DNA from: Syntrophorhabdaceae bacterium
Lineage (GTDB): Bacteria > Desulfobacterota > Syntrophorhabdia > Syntrophorhabdales > Syntrophorhabdaceae
Direction: 5' to 3'
NCBI GenBank assembly: GCA_963666485.2
Contig: CAXXUO010000001.1
Coordinates: 1,216,001 to 1,280,000 of the forward strand
Length of the DNA stretch: 64,000 bases
Position 1 is the stretch's first letter. Each line of letters opens with the position of its first letter. Below the pieces are notes generated by a model, which did not search any database, was not told the DNA's origin, and saw nothing but the letters and a program-made list of their open reading frames with translations. The position numbers were made by a program, and so were the translations under genes. Below, one piece after another: positions 28,756 through 39,130 of this stretch.

Positions 28756-29181
28756 TCAGCCTTGGTTTTCCTGCATGATAATAACAATTTTTCGCTCCAT
28801 TTCTCCAGTGATTTCTATGTGTACGTCGATCACACCTTCCCACCACGAGGTCCTTTCCGCCCATTCCACAGCCACGATACCGCCAGCCAGGAATTCTTCG
28901 ATGTCGAGCTCCGAAAGGCCGCTCTCGAGCCGGTACAGGTCGACGTGGCACAACGTCATCCTGCCTTCGTATACGTTCATAAGGGTGAATGTGGGGCTGA
29001 CGACATATTCCCAGTCGGGGACCCCGAGACCGCGGGCGATGCCCTTGACGAACTGCGTCTTGCCGGCGCCAAGGTTGCCGTAGATCGCGTAGACCTGTCC
29101 GGGCCGCGAGGAGGAGCCGATACGTTCGCCTATAGCGACTGTATCAGAGGGACCTTTCGAGATAAATTCGATCCGTTCCAT
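28756..29181 (-). CDS. tsaE: t6A biosynthesis ATPase TsaE
   Basis: GNLGAGKT, SPTFTL, HVDLYRL and VEWA motifs. Confidence 0.95.
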   Translation of the reverse strand: MERIEFISKGPSDTVAIGERIGSSSRPGQVYAIYGNLGAGKTQFVKGIARGLGVPDWEYVVSPTFTLMNVYEGRMTLCHVDLYRLESGLSELDIEEFLAGGIVAVEWAERTSWWEGVIDVHIEITGEMERKIVIIMQENQG

Positions 29182-30718
29182 TGCGGATGTCCTCGATCGC
29201 GCGGCCGAGCCCGGTTAAAAGATCACAGGCGAGGAGGTCCATGTCGGAGTTGTCCTCGACCCACGTGTCGGCCATGTAGCCATGGAGATAGGCCCCGAGA
29301 AGGGTGCTTTCCGTGAGGGTGTAGCCCTGCGAGGCAAGGCCCCCGATAAAACCGGTCAGGATGTCGCCGCTGCCTCCCTTGGCAAGCGACGGGTTCCCCG
29401 TGGGATTCAAGAACATCCCGCCTCCGGGTACCGCGAGGACGCTCGTCGCGCCCTTGAGGAGTATAGCGACCCCCCATGCGTCTGAGAACGATCGGGCCGT
29501 TTCGATCCGCGAGGCATTGACCTCTTTCGGTGTCCTGCCGACGAGACGGGCCATCTCGCCGGGATGGGGAGTTAAGACCGTCTGCCGTTTCGTGCCCTTC
29601 AGGACATCCGTGTGGCCCTGAAATGCGTTGATCCCGTCTGCATCGATGACAAAAGGTTTGTCGATCTCGGTGTATATTCTCCGGACGACTTCCGCGACCC
29701 CGTCGTTCTGTGAAAGGCCGGGGCCCGCTATGATGACGTCTTTATCGCTGACAAAAGATGCAATATCGTCAAAGGACCCGGGTACAAAGAACCCCTTGCC
29801 GTCATCCCTGACAGGATACGTCATCACCTCTGTCGTCTTTGTTTCCAGCACAGGGTTCAATGTCGCCGGTACGATGAGTGTGACGAGCCCGGCACCGATC
29901 TTGAGCGCTGCGAGCGAAGCCATGTGCGCCGCCCCGGTCTTTCCGGGAGAACCCGCGATGACAACGGCATGGCCGAAAGAACCTTTATGCGACGCTTTGC
30001 CGCGCGCCTTGAGGAACCTCCGCAGCATTCCCCCGTCCGCTACCTCCGCGTCGAAGCCTACCGTATCCTCGACAAAAGAGGGAATGGAGATGTCGATAAC
30101 GGTCAGCCGGCCCGCATGCTCCGATCCGGGCGGCATTACCTGGCCGATCTTGGGGTAGGCGTACGTATATGTGTGTTCCGCGCGGATGGCACTGCCAAGC
30201 ACATTCCCGGTGGCGCCGTCTATACCCGAAGGGATATCAACCGAAATGACGGGCATGCCGGACGCATTGACCGCGTCTATAATCGTTTTCTCTATCCCGC
30301 CGACAGGTTTCGAGAGGCCTGTTCCAAAGATGGCGTCGACGATGACATCGGCATGTTTCAGGATCATCTCAAGATTCCCGGAACCGCCCGTCAGTTCCAC
30401 GATCTCTCCCGCCAGTGACGCATAGAGGTTCATATTCAGCGCGGCATCGCCTTTCAGGTCATTTCGCGCGCCAATGAGGAGGACCCGCACCGTGTAGCCG
30501 TCGATCATTGCATACCGGGCGATAACGAAGCCATCCCCCCCGTTGTTGCCGCGCCCACATATAACGACAATTCTTTTACGGTCTTTCAGATATTTTTCTT
30601 TCATCAGCCGGTACGTGTTGCGCCCCGCATTTTCCATGAGGACCGCTGACGGAATGCCCCACGTTTCGATGGCGTACCTGTCGTATTGTGCCATTCTCTG
30701 CGGTGAAAGGACTTTCAT
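29144..30718 (-). CDS. nnr: Bifunctional NAD(P)H-hydrate epimerase/dehydratase
   Basis: LMENAG, GNNGGDG, DAIFGTG, HKGSFG, LTPHPGE and GGSGDIL motifs. Confidence 0.95.
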   Translation of the reverse strand: MKVLSPQRMAQYDRYAIETWGIPSAVLMENAGRNTYRLMKEKYLKDRKRIVVICGRGNNGGDGFVIARYAMIDGYTVRVLLIGARNDLKGDAALNMNLYASLAGEIVELTGGSGNLEMILKHADVIVDAIFGTGLSKPVGGIEKTIIDAVNASGMPVISVDIPSGIDGATGNVLGSAIRAEHTYTYAYPKIGQVMPPGSEHAGRLTVIDISIPSFVEDTVGFDAEVADGGMLRRFLKARGKASHKGSFGHAVVIAGSPGKTGAAHMASLAALKIGAGLVTLIVPATLNPVLETKTTEVMTYPVRDDGKGFFVPGSFDDIASFVSDKDVIIAGPGLSQNDGVAEVVRRIYTEIDKPFVIDADGINAFQGHTDVLKGTKRQTVLTPHPGEMARLVGRTPKEVNASRIETARSFSDAWGVAILLKGATSVLAVPGGGMFLNPTGNPSLAKGGSGDILTGFIGGLASQGYTLTESTLLGAYLHGYMADTWVEDNSDMDLLACDLLTGLGRAIEDIRNGTDRIYLERSL

Positions 30719-30733
30719 ATGAGCCCCCTGTAA

Positions 30734-30767
30734 ACGTTCTACGTTCTACGTTCTACGTTCTAGGTTC
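30734..30767. repeat. Heptamer array (ACGTTCT)x4-5
   Basis: Read directly. Confidence 0.9.
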
Positions 30768-30801
30768 GTCTTGCGTTCCGGACGTAGCCGGAAGTCCGGA
30801 C

Positions 30802-31131
30802 TTATACCTGTTCTTTTAGCATTACTACTGCTATTGCGTATAGTTTTTCGTGCGAGATGCTCACGTTATCGTAGCGTAAACCGTGGTACATGATAAAAGG
30901 CCTCCCGGATTCGCTGAGCACCTCGATATCCCTGAAGACGAGCCGGCGCCCGGACGCCTTCATAAATGCCTCCTTGGCTGCAAACCTGCCCGCCAGAGAC
31001 TCTTCCTTGCGCTTCTTCTTCCCGGCGTATGCTACCTCCGCAGGCGTAAACACCTTTTCCAGGAATTTCTCCCCGTACCGTTCCACCATCCCGGCAATCC
31101 GCCGGATATCGACTATATCAATACCAATCAT
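30802..31131 (-). CDS. acpS: Holo-[acyl-carrier-protein] synthase
   Basis: GIDIV, RFAAKEAFMKA and SISH motifs. Confidence 0.95.
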   Translation of the reverse strand: MIGIDIVDIRRIAGMVERYGEKFLEKVFTPAEVAYAGKKKRKEESLAGRFAAKEAFMKASGRRLVFRDIEVLSESGRPFIMYHGLRYDNVSISHEKLYAIAVVMLKEQV

Positions 31132-31134
31132 AAA

Positions 31135-31213
31135 AAACCGTTCCACGTTCCAGGTTCCACGTTCCAGGTTGGTTTTTGCGTGGAACCTGGAACGTGGAAC
31201 CTGGAACGGTTTT
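31135..31213. repeat. Inverted pair of heptamer arrays (GTTCCAC/GTTCCAG vs GTGGAAC/CTGGAAC) forming a long hairpin
   Basis: Read directly between pdxJ and acpS. Confidence 0.9.
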
Positions 31214-31926
31214 TATTTAATTAGTTTAATCATATCCCTCACCGCCCTGTCCAGGCCGACAAATACGGCGCGGGCGATGATGCTGTGACCGATGCTCAGT
31301 TCGTGTATCTCCGGGATGACGGCAACGTCCCGCACGTTGTGGTAGTGGAGTCCGTGCCCTGCATTGACCCCGAGATCGAACTCCCGTCCGAGGGATGCGG
31401 CCCGTATCACCTTCTTGAGCTCTTTCTCCCGTATCCGGCTTGTCCGGGCGTCGGCGTAGGCACCCGTGTGTATCTCGATCATATCGGCCCCGATGTCCGA
31501 TGCGGCCTTGATCTGCGATTCGTCGGGATCGACAAAGAGGCTTACCGTGATGCCGTGCTTCCTCGCCGCTTTGATCACCTTCTCTATTTTCGAGGCGGAC
31601 CGTATGACGTCGAGGCCGCCCTCCGTTGTGAGTTCCTGGCGTTTTTCCGGGACGAGCGTGACCATGTCGGGCCTCGTCCGCTCGGCGATCTTCGTCATCT
31701 CGGGTGTGGCGGCCATCTCGAGGTTGAGCTTTGTCCTGACGACATCGCGCAGCATCTTCAGGTCACGGTCCTTTATATGCCTGCGGTCTTCCCTCAGGTG
31801 GATTATGATCCCTTTTGCGCCTGTCATTTCCACTATTCCCGCTGCGTAGACCGGATCGGGATAATGTATGCCGCGCGCTTCGCGCAGGGTTGCTATGTGG
31901 TCTATATTTACCATCAATTCAGGCAT
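31213..31926 (-). CDS. pdxJ: Pyridoxine 5'-phosphate synthase
   Basis: VNIDHIATLR, HLREDRRHI, TTEGGLD and NAGHGL motifs. Confidence 0.96.
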   Translation of the reverse strand: MPELMVNIDHIATLREARGIHYPDPVYAAGIVEMTGAKGIIIHLREDRRHIKDRDLKMLRDVVRTKLNLEMAATPEMTKIAERTRPDMVTLVPEKRQELTTEGGLDVIRSASKIEKVIKAARKHGITVSLFVDPDESQIKAASDIGADMIEIHTGAYADARTSRIREKELKKVIRAASLGREFDLGVNAGHGLHYHNVRDVAVIPEIHELSIGHSIIARAVFVGLDRAVRDMIKLIK

Positions 31927-31967
31927 GGTGTATCCTCCGCGATAGAATTGTATACATAAACCGGTCG

Positions 31968-32648
31968 TTACTTTATATCGACAGATATCGGGCTTTCTTT
32001 CCCGGGACGTTTCTTCAGGAGTACCCTGGCCGTGTCGGGCCTCACGCTTGTCCGGGGAAGCTCATCAAGGTTGAACCCGACGGCGACGCTCTCCTCGTTG
32101 CGCAGCAGGTCGCCATTCACCGGAAGGGTCTCGATGGTTGTCGCTTTTTCGAGATATCTGCGCGGTCCTTCGGCAAGCACATACTGCGGGCTCACCTGGG
32201 CGATATCGTACCTGCCCCGCCATTTCCTGTCGAGTTTAACGAGGACCTTGAGATTCTTTTCGAGGACCCTGTCGACACTGATCCTTAATGTGCCCGGCCG
32301 CACGTCGACGATCTCGATGCCCTTGGGGGCATTTATGTTTGCCTTGGAAAGATTGAAGACGGCCTCGCCCTCCTTCGTCCCGCCCATATTGATGACCGCG
32401 GTGATGTCACGGTCCTTTAAGTCCTTCAAGAGCGATACGCGGCCGCTGACCGTCACGAAGACCCGCTCCGGGTCCATCTTTGTTACCATCATATTTTTGG
32501 GCAGATGCGATACCGTGACCGGGATCGTCAGGTCCTTCTTCGGTTCGCCTATCTGGAAGACGACATACCAGAGCATGACGGCGAGAGCAAGAGAGAGAAG
32601 CTTCAGCTTCCAGTCCTTGATCACATAGCGCTCCATAATGTTCTTCAC
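31968..32648 (-). CDS. cdaR: CdaR/YbbR-like protein
   Basis: KLLSLALAVMLW TM segment, YbbR-like repeats, directly follows cdaA. Confidence 0.85.
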   Translation of the reverse strand: MKNIMERYVIKDWKLKLLSLALAVMLWYVVFQIGEPKKDLTIPVTVSHLPKNMMVTKMDPERVFVTVSGRVSLLKDLKDRDITAVINMGGTKEGEAVFNLSKANINAPKGIEIVDVRPGTLRISVDRVLEKNLKVLVKLDRKWRGRYDIAQVSPQYVLAEGPRRYLEKATTIETLPVNGDLLRNEESVAVGFNLDELPRTSVRPDTARVLLKKRPGKESPISVDIK

Positions 32649-32668
32649 CGCGGCATCCCCTTCGTTCC

Positions 32669-33409
32669 TTAACTCAATACATCTTTCAGCACTTTTTTCA
32701 GCTCGTCGGTGCTTATATTCGAATGCAGCTGGCCGTGTTGGGCGTACGAAATTATCCCGCGTTCCTCCGAAACGACGATCGAGACGGCGTCCGTGACCTC
32801 GGTAATGCCGATAGCTGCCCGATGGCGCGTCCCGAGGTTCTTGTCGATCTCATCCGCCGTTGTAAGAGGGAGCACACAGCCGGCCGAAACGATCCTTCCT
32901 TCCCGGATTATCAGCGCGCCGTCATGAAGCGGTGAGGCGAACTGGAAGATACTGACGACGAGCTCGGCATTCACCTCGGCGTCGAAACGTACGCCGGCCT
33001 CCATGAATTCCTCGAGTCCCACCTCGCGCTCAATGACAATGAGGGCGCCCATGGTGCGCTTTTTCATGACGAGGCATGCATTGGCAAGCTCGTCGAGGAA
33101 CATGGTCTCTTTAACATAGCTGATCTTGCGAAAGAACGGGCTTCTTCCGAGTGCGAGCAAGAGACGTCTCAAGTCGTCCTGGAAGATGACTATGACAACG
33201 AAAACGATGGACCCTATGAAGCTGTTGAATATCCAGCTCAAGGTGAAGAGCTCAAACCGCTTCGCAAGGGCAAACACGAACATGACGATAACGAGGCCGA
33301 GCAAAAGCTGGATCGCGCGCGTTCCCTTGATGAGGACGAAGACCCGGTATATGATGAAGGCAACGATGATAATATCGACTACGTCTTGCCAGCGTATCTC
33401 GGGTATCAT
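32669..33409 (-). CDS. cdaA: Diadenylate cyclase CdaA
   Basis: Three N-terminal TMs; PLHDGA, GTRHRAA and VSEE motifs. Confidence 0.95.
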   Translation of the reverse strand: MIPEIRWQDVVDIIIVAFIIYRVFVLIKGTRAIQLLLGLVIVMFVFALAKRFELFTLSWIFNSFIGSIVFVVIVIFQDDLRRLLLALGRSPFFRKISYVKETMFLDELANACLVMKKRTMGALIVIEREVGLEEFMEAGVRFDAEVNAELVVSIFQFASPLHDGALIIREGRIVSAGCVLPLTTADEIDKNLGTRHRAAIGITEVTDAVSIVVSEERGIISYAQHGQLHSNISTDELKKVLKDVLS

Positions 33410-34221
33410 GCGTCCATGACCGCCTTGACCATTGTGAGGACCTTACGTGCCCGGCCTACATCGTGGACCCGAAAAATATCGGCGCCGTTCATGAAGGCGA
33501 CGGCGAGGGTTGCGAGGGTGCCCTCAACCCTTTCCTCGAGGGGAGAATCGGTTACTTTTCCTATAAAACTTTTCATCGATGTCCCGATAAGCAACGGTTT
33601 CCCCAGCTCTTTAAAAAGGTTCAGCATCTTGAGGATCCTGAGATTATCTTCAACGCGCTTTCCAAAGCCGATGCCGGGATCGACGATGATCTTCCTTTCG
33701 TCCACCCCTGCCTTTACAGCATGGATCGATTGCCGCCGTAAAAATGCCATGATCTCGGCAACAACGTTGTCATAAACAGGGTTCTCCTGCATATTCTTCG
33801 GTGTTCCCCTGATATGCATGATAACCGCGTATGCACCGTGCTCGGCTACGACGTGCGCCATCCTGTCGTCGTATGTCAGGCCGCTTATGTCATTTATGAT
33901 GTCAGCCCCTGCCCTCAGGGCTTCATGCGCGACAGATGCCTTATAGGTATCGACGGAGATCGGTATGTCCGATATATCGCGGACCTTTTCTATAACGGGG
34001 ATGACCCGCGAGAGCTCTTCCTCTTCATCCACCGGGTCCGCCAGCGGCCGTGTCGATTCGCCGCCGATATCGATGATGTCCGCGCCGTCTTCGATCATGC
34101 GCTGCGCATGAGCTGCGGCGTCGCGAAGGGTCACATGCCGGCCCCCGTCCGAGAATGAATCGGGGGTGACATTGAGGATCCCCATTATAATGGGGCTATT
34201 ACACGGGAAGTCCCGGGGCAT
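33406..34221 (-). CDS. folP: Dihydropteroate synthase
   Basis: [32 protein letters not shown] and RVHDV motifs; start placed at ATG 34221. Confidence 0.95.
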   Translation of the reverse strand: MPRDFPCNSPIIMGILNVTPDSFSDGGRHVTLRDAAAHAQRMIEDGADIIDIGGESTRPLADPVDEEEELSRVIPVIEKVRDISDIPISVDTYKASVAHEALRAGADIINDISGLTYDDRMAHVVAEHGAYAVIMHIRGTPKNMQENPVYDNVVAEIMAFLRRQSIHAVKAGVDERKIIVDPGIGFGKRVEDNLRILKMLNLFKELGKPLLIGTSMKSFIGKVTDSPLEERVEGTLATLAVAFMNGADIFRVHDVGRARKVLTMVKAVMDA

Positions 34222-36019
34222 CTGCAACCCTGATGATGGAATCGACCTCCTGGCCGTCAAGCACTTCCTTTTCCAGAAGGGCGTTCGCAAGGGCGTGGAG
34301 CGATTCAATGTGCTTGGAGACGAGGTTCTTCGCCCGGGTGTAGCACCTGTCAACGAGGTCCTTGAGCTCCTCATCGATGCCCTGCGCAGTCTGTTCGCTG
34401 AAATCGCGGTTGCGGGCGATCTCCCTCCCGAGGAAGATATGCTCTTCGTTCTTCCCGTAATTGAGGGGGCCGAGCTTATCGCTCATTCCCCACTCGCAGA
34501 CCATTTTCCGGGCGATCTTCGTTGCCCTCTCTATATCGTTGCCTGAGCCGGTCGTAAGCTGTCCGATGACGAGCTCTTCCGCGACGCGCCCGCCGAGGAG
34601 TATCGAAATGCTGTTCAAGAGATAGTCCCGGGAATACGTGTGGCGTTCATCTATGGGCAACTGCTGGGTCAAGCCGAGCGCTCTGCCCCTCGGGATGATC
34701 GTGACCTTGTGGATCGGGTCGGTGCCGGGGATCATCTTGGCGACGAGGGCATGCCCCGCTTCGTGATAGGCAGTGAGGCGCCGCTCCTCGTAGGGGATGA
34801 TCATGCTGCGCCGCTCGACCCCCATCAGGACCTTGTCCTTGGCGTGTTCGAAGTCGTCCATCTCGACCGCCTTCTTGTCCCGCCGCGCTGCGATGAGGGC
34901 CGCCTCATTGACGAGGTTCGCAAGGTCGGCCCCGGAGAAGCCCGGTGTGCCGCGCGCTATGATCGAGAGCTCGACATTTTCTGCTATAAGGGTTTTACGG
35001 GTATGCACCTTCAGTATCTCTTCCCGTCCCTTGACGTCAGGGATCGACACGACGATCTGCCGGTCAAAGCGTCCCGGTCTCAGAAGCGCAGGATCGAGAA
35101 CATCGGGCCTGTTCGTTGCCGACATGACGATAACGCCTTCGTTCGATTCAAAACCGTCCATCTCGACGAGCAACTGGTTCAGGGTCTGCTCCCGTTCGTC
35201 ATGGCCGCCGCCCAGGCCCGCGCCGCGATGCCTGCCGACCGCGTCGATCTCATCGATGAAAATGATGCACGGGGCATTCTTCTTCGCCTGGGTGAAAAGA
35301 TCGCGCACGCGTGATGCACCGACGCCGACGAACATCTCGACAAAGTCGGACCCGCTTATGGTAAAGAACGGGACGTTGGCCTCTCCGGCTATGGCCCGCG
35401 CGAGAAGCGTCTTGCCCGTGCCCGGAGGCCCCACGAGAAGGACCCCCTTGGGGATGCGCCCGCCGAGTTTCGTGAATTTCTTGGGGTCGACCAGAAAGTC
35501 TATGATCTCCTGGAGTTCTTCCTTTGCCTCATCGATCCCGGCGACATCCTGGAAGGTGACCTTGTTTTCCCGGCCGGTAAACAGGCGCGCCTTGCTCTTT
35601 CCGAAGGCCATGGCCTTCCCGCCTCCCGACTGCATCTGGCGCATGAAGAAGATCCAGACGCCGATGAGTAGAAGCATGGGAAACCACGATATAAAAATAT
35701 TTTGCCAGATCCCGGACTCCTCGTCCGGCTTGGCGGAGATCCTGACGCCTTTTTCCCGGAGGCGTTTGACGAGGTCGGGGTCCTCCGGCGCGAACGTCTT
35801 GAACTCCTTGCCGTCCTTGTATGTTCCGGTGATGTTCCTTCCCTGCATCATGACGGATGCCACTTTATCCGCCGCAACCGCTTCCGAAAATTCGCTGAAC
35901 GGTACATTTTCATGGTTTTTCTTGGGCTTGTTATAGATCTGGAAGACAAAAAGCCCGAGAAGGATAATGACGAGAACTGCTACGATACTTTTGTTTGTTG
36001 GTCCCTGTGTTCTTGACAT
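34199..36019 (-). CDS. ftsH: ATP-dependent zinc metalloprotease FtsH
   Basis: [16 protein letters not shown] and HEAGH motifs. Confidence 0.98.
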   Translation of the reverse strand: MSRTQGPTNKSIVAVLVIILLGLFVFQIYNKPKKNHENVPFSEFSEAVAADKVASVMMQGRNITGTYKDGKEFKTFAPEDPDLVKRLREKGVRISAKPDEESGIWQNIFISWFPMLLLIGVWIFFMRQMQSGGGKAMAFGKSKARLFTGRENKVTFQDVAGIDEAKEELQEIIDFLVDPKKFTKLGGRIPKGVLLVGPPGTGKTLLARAIAGEANVPFFTISGSDFVEMFVGVGASRVRDLFTQAKKNAPCIIFIDEIDAVGRHRGAGLGGGHDEREQTLNQLLVEMDGFESNEGVIVMSATNRPDVLDPALLRPGRFDRQIVVSIPDVKGREEILKVHTRKTLIAENVELSIIARGTPGFSGADLANLVNEAALIAARRDKKAVEMDDFEHAKDKVLMGVERRSMIIPYEERRLTAYHEAGHALVAKMIPGTDPIHKVTIIPRGRALGLTQQLPIDERHTYSRDYLLNSISILLGGRVAEELVIGQLTTGSGNDIERATKIARKMVCEWGMSDKLGPLNYGKNEEHIFLGREIARNRDFSEQTAQGIDEELKDLVDRCYTRAKNLVSKHIESLHALANALLEKEVLDGQEVDSIIRVADAPGLPV

Positions 36020-36151
36020 AGGTCACTAGTTTATCATACAAACGGCATATTTATCAATATTGTCACATTATTGCAGACCTTTTTCTTGCAATTCAGGGAT
36101 TGGTGTGTAATAAGAATGCGAAAGTAAAAAAGAATAGGTGATGGGCAACAG

Positions 36152-36994
36152 GTGATGGGTGAGGAAAAGAAAAATGTTCTGGGGCTGATCGCGTCACCGC
36201 GGACGCTGGGTAATTCCGAGACGTTCACCAAGGAGATCTCCCGTCATATACCCGGTGAGCACGCGCTAAAGCTCCTCAGGCTGACGTCGCTCGACATACG
36301 GCCATGCCGGGCGTGCTATGGGTGCGTTATGGGAAACCCCTGCCCCGAAGAGGATGACATGCAGTTCCTCCTCGATAACCTCGCTGCAGCCGATGCGGTC
36401 ATTCTTGCGTCCCCCGTCTACTATCTCGGGGCCAATGCGAGCATAAAGAGCATATGCGACCGGGGCTTTCTCTTTTTCAGCATACTCGAGCAGACATACA
36501 ACAAGCCGATAATCCTCCTCAATTTCTTCGGCATCCCCGAACGTGTCGGGATGGCCCCTCAGATGCTCGAGACATTCGCGATGTTCCTCGGCATGTCGGT
36601 CAAGGCGAGCCTCCTCGTGGAAGCCGCCCTTCCCGGCGAGGCCCTCATGAATGAAAAGAACCTGGCCCTCGCTGAACGGTTGGGAAAGATACTGTTTACC
36701 TCAGAGTCTATAAGGCCGGAAAGATGCTGTCCCTTCTGCGGCAGCCAGATCATGCGCATTGCCGAAAAAGATTTTATCTGTACCGTTTGCCACGGTGTTA
36801 TCGGTATAGGCCCGGATGGAAAGGTAGTTCCGTTAGAGGAGAGCGAAATAATAGGCCCTCCCGAGCACATGCTCCTTCACCGCGAATGGCTGCGCGGGAT
36901 GAAGAAAAAATTCCAGGACAACAAGAAGAAGATCATCCAGACCATTGCAGGCTACAAGAACGAAGGCGAGTGGATAAAACCGCCGGGGAAGTAG
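36152..36994 (+). CDS. Iron-sulfur flavoprotein / flavodoxin-like FMN reductase with C-terminal Cys motifs
   Basis: SPRTLGNS, CRACYGC.....C, ASPVY, CPFCG and CTVCH motifs. Confidence 0.85.
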   Translation: MMGEEKKNVLGLIASPRTLGNSETFTKEISRHIPGEHALKLLRLTSLDIRPCRACYGCVMGNPCPEEDDMQFLLDNLAAADAVILASPVYYLGANASIKSICDRGFLFFSILEQTYNKPIILLNFFGIPERVGMAPQMLETFAMFLGMSVKASLLVEAALPGEALMNEKNLALAERLGKILFTSESIRPERCCPFCGSQIMRIAEKDFICTVCHGVIGIGPDGKVVPLEESEIIGPPEHMLLHREWLRGMKKKFQDNKKKIIQTIAGYKNEGEWIKPPGK

Positions 36995-37055
36995 CCGGGA
37001 GATTTATCGTCCTTATAATTCCCCCGCTATTCCACGTACCAAATGTCTCCTCAAC

Positions 37056-37590
37056 GTCATTCCCGCGGAAGCGGGAATCCAGCGTCTTTACAATTATTTA
37101 GGCAATTCGAATGTAATAGGCAACGGGCAGGCCTTGACGTTTATTCATCCGGGTACGTTGATATGGGTAAAGTTTAAAAAAACCAAAGACACTGGATTCC
37201 CGCTTCCGCGGGAATGACGGGAGGTGGCGGATTCGCGCTTCCGCGGGAATGACGGGAGGTGGCGGATTCCGCTTCGCGGGAATGACGGGGCTAATAATCA
37301 TGGCTAGTCAAGTTCCACTCCATCATTTGCGGCATAACAGTATCGAGGCATTACGGCAGGAACCGCAGCATCGTCATCCCGGTGCTTGACACCGGGATCC
37401 AAGGTTTTAAAAAACCAAAGACACTGGATTCCGGCTTTCGCCGGAATGACGGGAGGTGGTGGATTCCGGCTTCCGCGCGAATGACGGGAGGTGGCGGATT
37501 CGCGCTTCCGCGGGAATGACGGGAGGTGGCGGATCCCCGCTTGCGCCGGAATGACGGCAGGTGGTGGATTCCGGGTTCCGCGGGAATGAC
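37056..37590. repeat. Cluster of REP/dRS3-like palindromes: single copies at 37056 and 37373, tandem 35-bp-period arrays at 37194-37286 (3 units) and 37426-37590 (5 units)
   Basis: Unit GGATTCCCGCTTCCGCGGGAATGAC plus linker GGGAGGTGGY; both arrays share the leader TTTAAAAAA(A)CCAAAGACACT. Confidence 0.92.
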
Positions 37591-37626
37591 TGTGATGGAG
37601 AATGGTTTATATGGAAGGCAATGAAA

Positions 37627-38127
37627 TTATAATTTGCCGATCCCCTTGACTGCTTTGCGAATCTTCTTGGGGAGTTTACGGGGATTGCCCTTTTTAGGGC
37701 GGGCAGTGTCGGGATAATCTTCCTCTTCATCGGGTTCGTGGGCGGGGGACGATAACATTTCAGCAAACGCTATCGGCGTCAGGAAGGTCACGCCGTTCGC
37801 TTTGGCAGCGTCGATGATGGCGCGGTCCGAGCTCACGACGACGATACCGGCCGGTCTTTTGCGGACCCATCCGATAATGACATCATCTGCCGTTTCGCCT
37901 TCTTTCGAATACACAACGTCAATACCGCGGAAATTCTCGGAATGCCGATCCGGGGAATAACTCCCGTATGCGTCGAAGACAACGGTTATCCGGCCCCGCC
38001 GCGTTTTCTTATACCGTGCACATTTTTCGAGGAAATCCCGCTGGAGGAGGTCCATAGAAGCCCCCTTCTGGACCGCCGAGCCGTTTACGCGGTGAATGTA
38101 GTTATATCCGTCGATGATGATGTGCAT
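37627..38127 (-). CDS. NYN-domain (YacP/Rae1-like) ribonuclease
   Basis: IIIDGYN, VVFDA, ETADDVI and VVSSDR motifs. Confidence 0.88.
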   Translation of the reverse strand: MHIIIDGYNYIHRVNGSAVQKGASMDLLQRDFLEKCARYKKTRRGRITVVFDAYGSYSPDRHSENFRGIDVVYSKEGETADDVIIGWVRKRPAGIVVVSSDRAIIDAAKANGVTFLTPIAFAEMLSSPAHEPDEEEDYPDTARPKKGNPRKLPKKIRKAVKGIGKL

Positions 38128-38134
38128 AAATACT

Positions 38135-38250
38135 CGGCGTACGGCGTACGGCTTACGGCGTACGGAAAAAGATAAAGAGCAAAAAACATCCCAGTTCTAG
38201 CCGGCCAGCGATCGTAGCAGGCTTTTCCGTCAGCCGTACGCCGTCAGCCG
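38135..38250. repeat. Inverted pair of heptamer arrays (CGGCGTA vs CCGTCAG/CCGTACG)
   Basis: 38135-38165 and 38227-38250. Confidence 0.8.
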
Positions 38251-38660
38251 TTCTTTTCTTTATAATGATCCTTCATTATCCGGTCCAGCACGCCGTTTAT
38301 GAATTCGCGAGAGTCTTCACTCCCGTACTTTTTCCCCATTTCTATGGCTTCATCGATGGCGACCTTGGGGGGGACGTCGCCGGAGAATATCATCTCGAAT
38401 ATCCCTATCCTCAGGACGTTCTTATCCACGTAGGCGATACGGTCTATCCGCCAGTGCTCGCAGGCCTGCCGTATGAATTCGTCAATTTTTTCCTGATGGT
38501 CGCCTATCCCGGAAAGGAGGTACCGGGCATATTCGACGATATCTTCCTGGTACGGGAACAGCGAGCAGTACTTGGTGAGGGCACGCCCGGAATCTTCCCC
38601 GGCGGTTTCCACCTGATAAAGCATCCTCAGGGCTAACTCTCTCGCTTTCCTTCTGCGCAC
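38244..38660 (-). CDS. nusB: Transcription antitermination factor NusB
   Basis: [20 protein letters not shown] and FINGVLD motifs. Confidence 0.96.
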   Translation of the reverse strand: MRRRKARELALRMLYQVETAGEDSGRALTKYCSLFPYQEDIVEYARYLLSGIGDHQEKIDEFIRQACEHWRIDRIAYVDKNVLRIGIFEMIFSGDVPPKVAIDEAIEMGKKYGSEDSREFINGVLDRIMKDHYKEKNG

Positions 38661-39127
38661 AAGTTGTTTTCCTTGATCAGATTGGCCATTTCAATGGCAG
38701 ACATGGCCGCATCATATCCCTTGTTGCCGGCCTTGGTGCCTGCCCTTTCGATGGCCTGTTCGATGCTGTCGCTCGTTATGATCCCGAAAGCTATGGGTTT
38801 CTCCAGTTCAAGGGACGACTGGGCGATACCCTTCGTCACTTCGGATGCGACGTAATGAAAATGGGGGGTTGCACCCTTGATGACCGCACCGAGGCATATC
38901 ACGGCATCGATGTCTTTCTTTCTCGCCACGAGTTTCGCGGCAAGAGGGATCTCGAAAGACCCGGGGACCCGGTATATGTCGACCTTGTTTTCGTCGGCAC
39001 CATGCCGTTTCAGGGCGTCGAGCGCGCCTTCCACAAGCCGGTCGGTGATGAAGCTGTTGAACCTGCTTACGACGATTGCAAACCTGAAGCCTTTCGCGTT
39101 GAGCTTGCCCTCTCGTACCATGTCCAC
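38633..39127 (-). CDS. ribH: 6,7-dimethyl-8-ribityllumazine synthase
   Basis: [21 protein letters not shown] and [10 protein letters not shown] motifs. Confidence 0.96.
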   Translation of the reverse strand: MDMVREGKLNAKGFRFAIVVSRFNSFITDRLVEGALDALKRHGADENKVDIYRVPGSFEIPLAAKLVARKKDIDAVICLGAVIKGATPHFHYVASEVTKGIAQSSLELEKPIAFGIITSDSIEQAIERAGTKAGNKGYDAAMSAIEMANLIKENNLCAEGKRES

Positions 39128-39130
39128 CCC

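Noticed and set aside
37194..37590. Possible CRISPR array
   Set aside because: The intervening sequences are nearly constant 10-nt linkers rather than unique spacers, the repeats themselves vary, and there are no cas genes.
37426..38127. NYN ribonuclease plus adjacent hairpin array as a type III toxin-antitoxin or guide-RNA system
   Set aside because: The repeat family also occurs at 15.8 kb and 58 kb, the array lies downstream of the gene, and the gene looks like a housekeeping YacP-type member ending the nusB operon.
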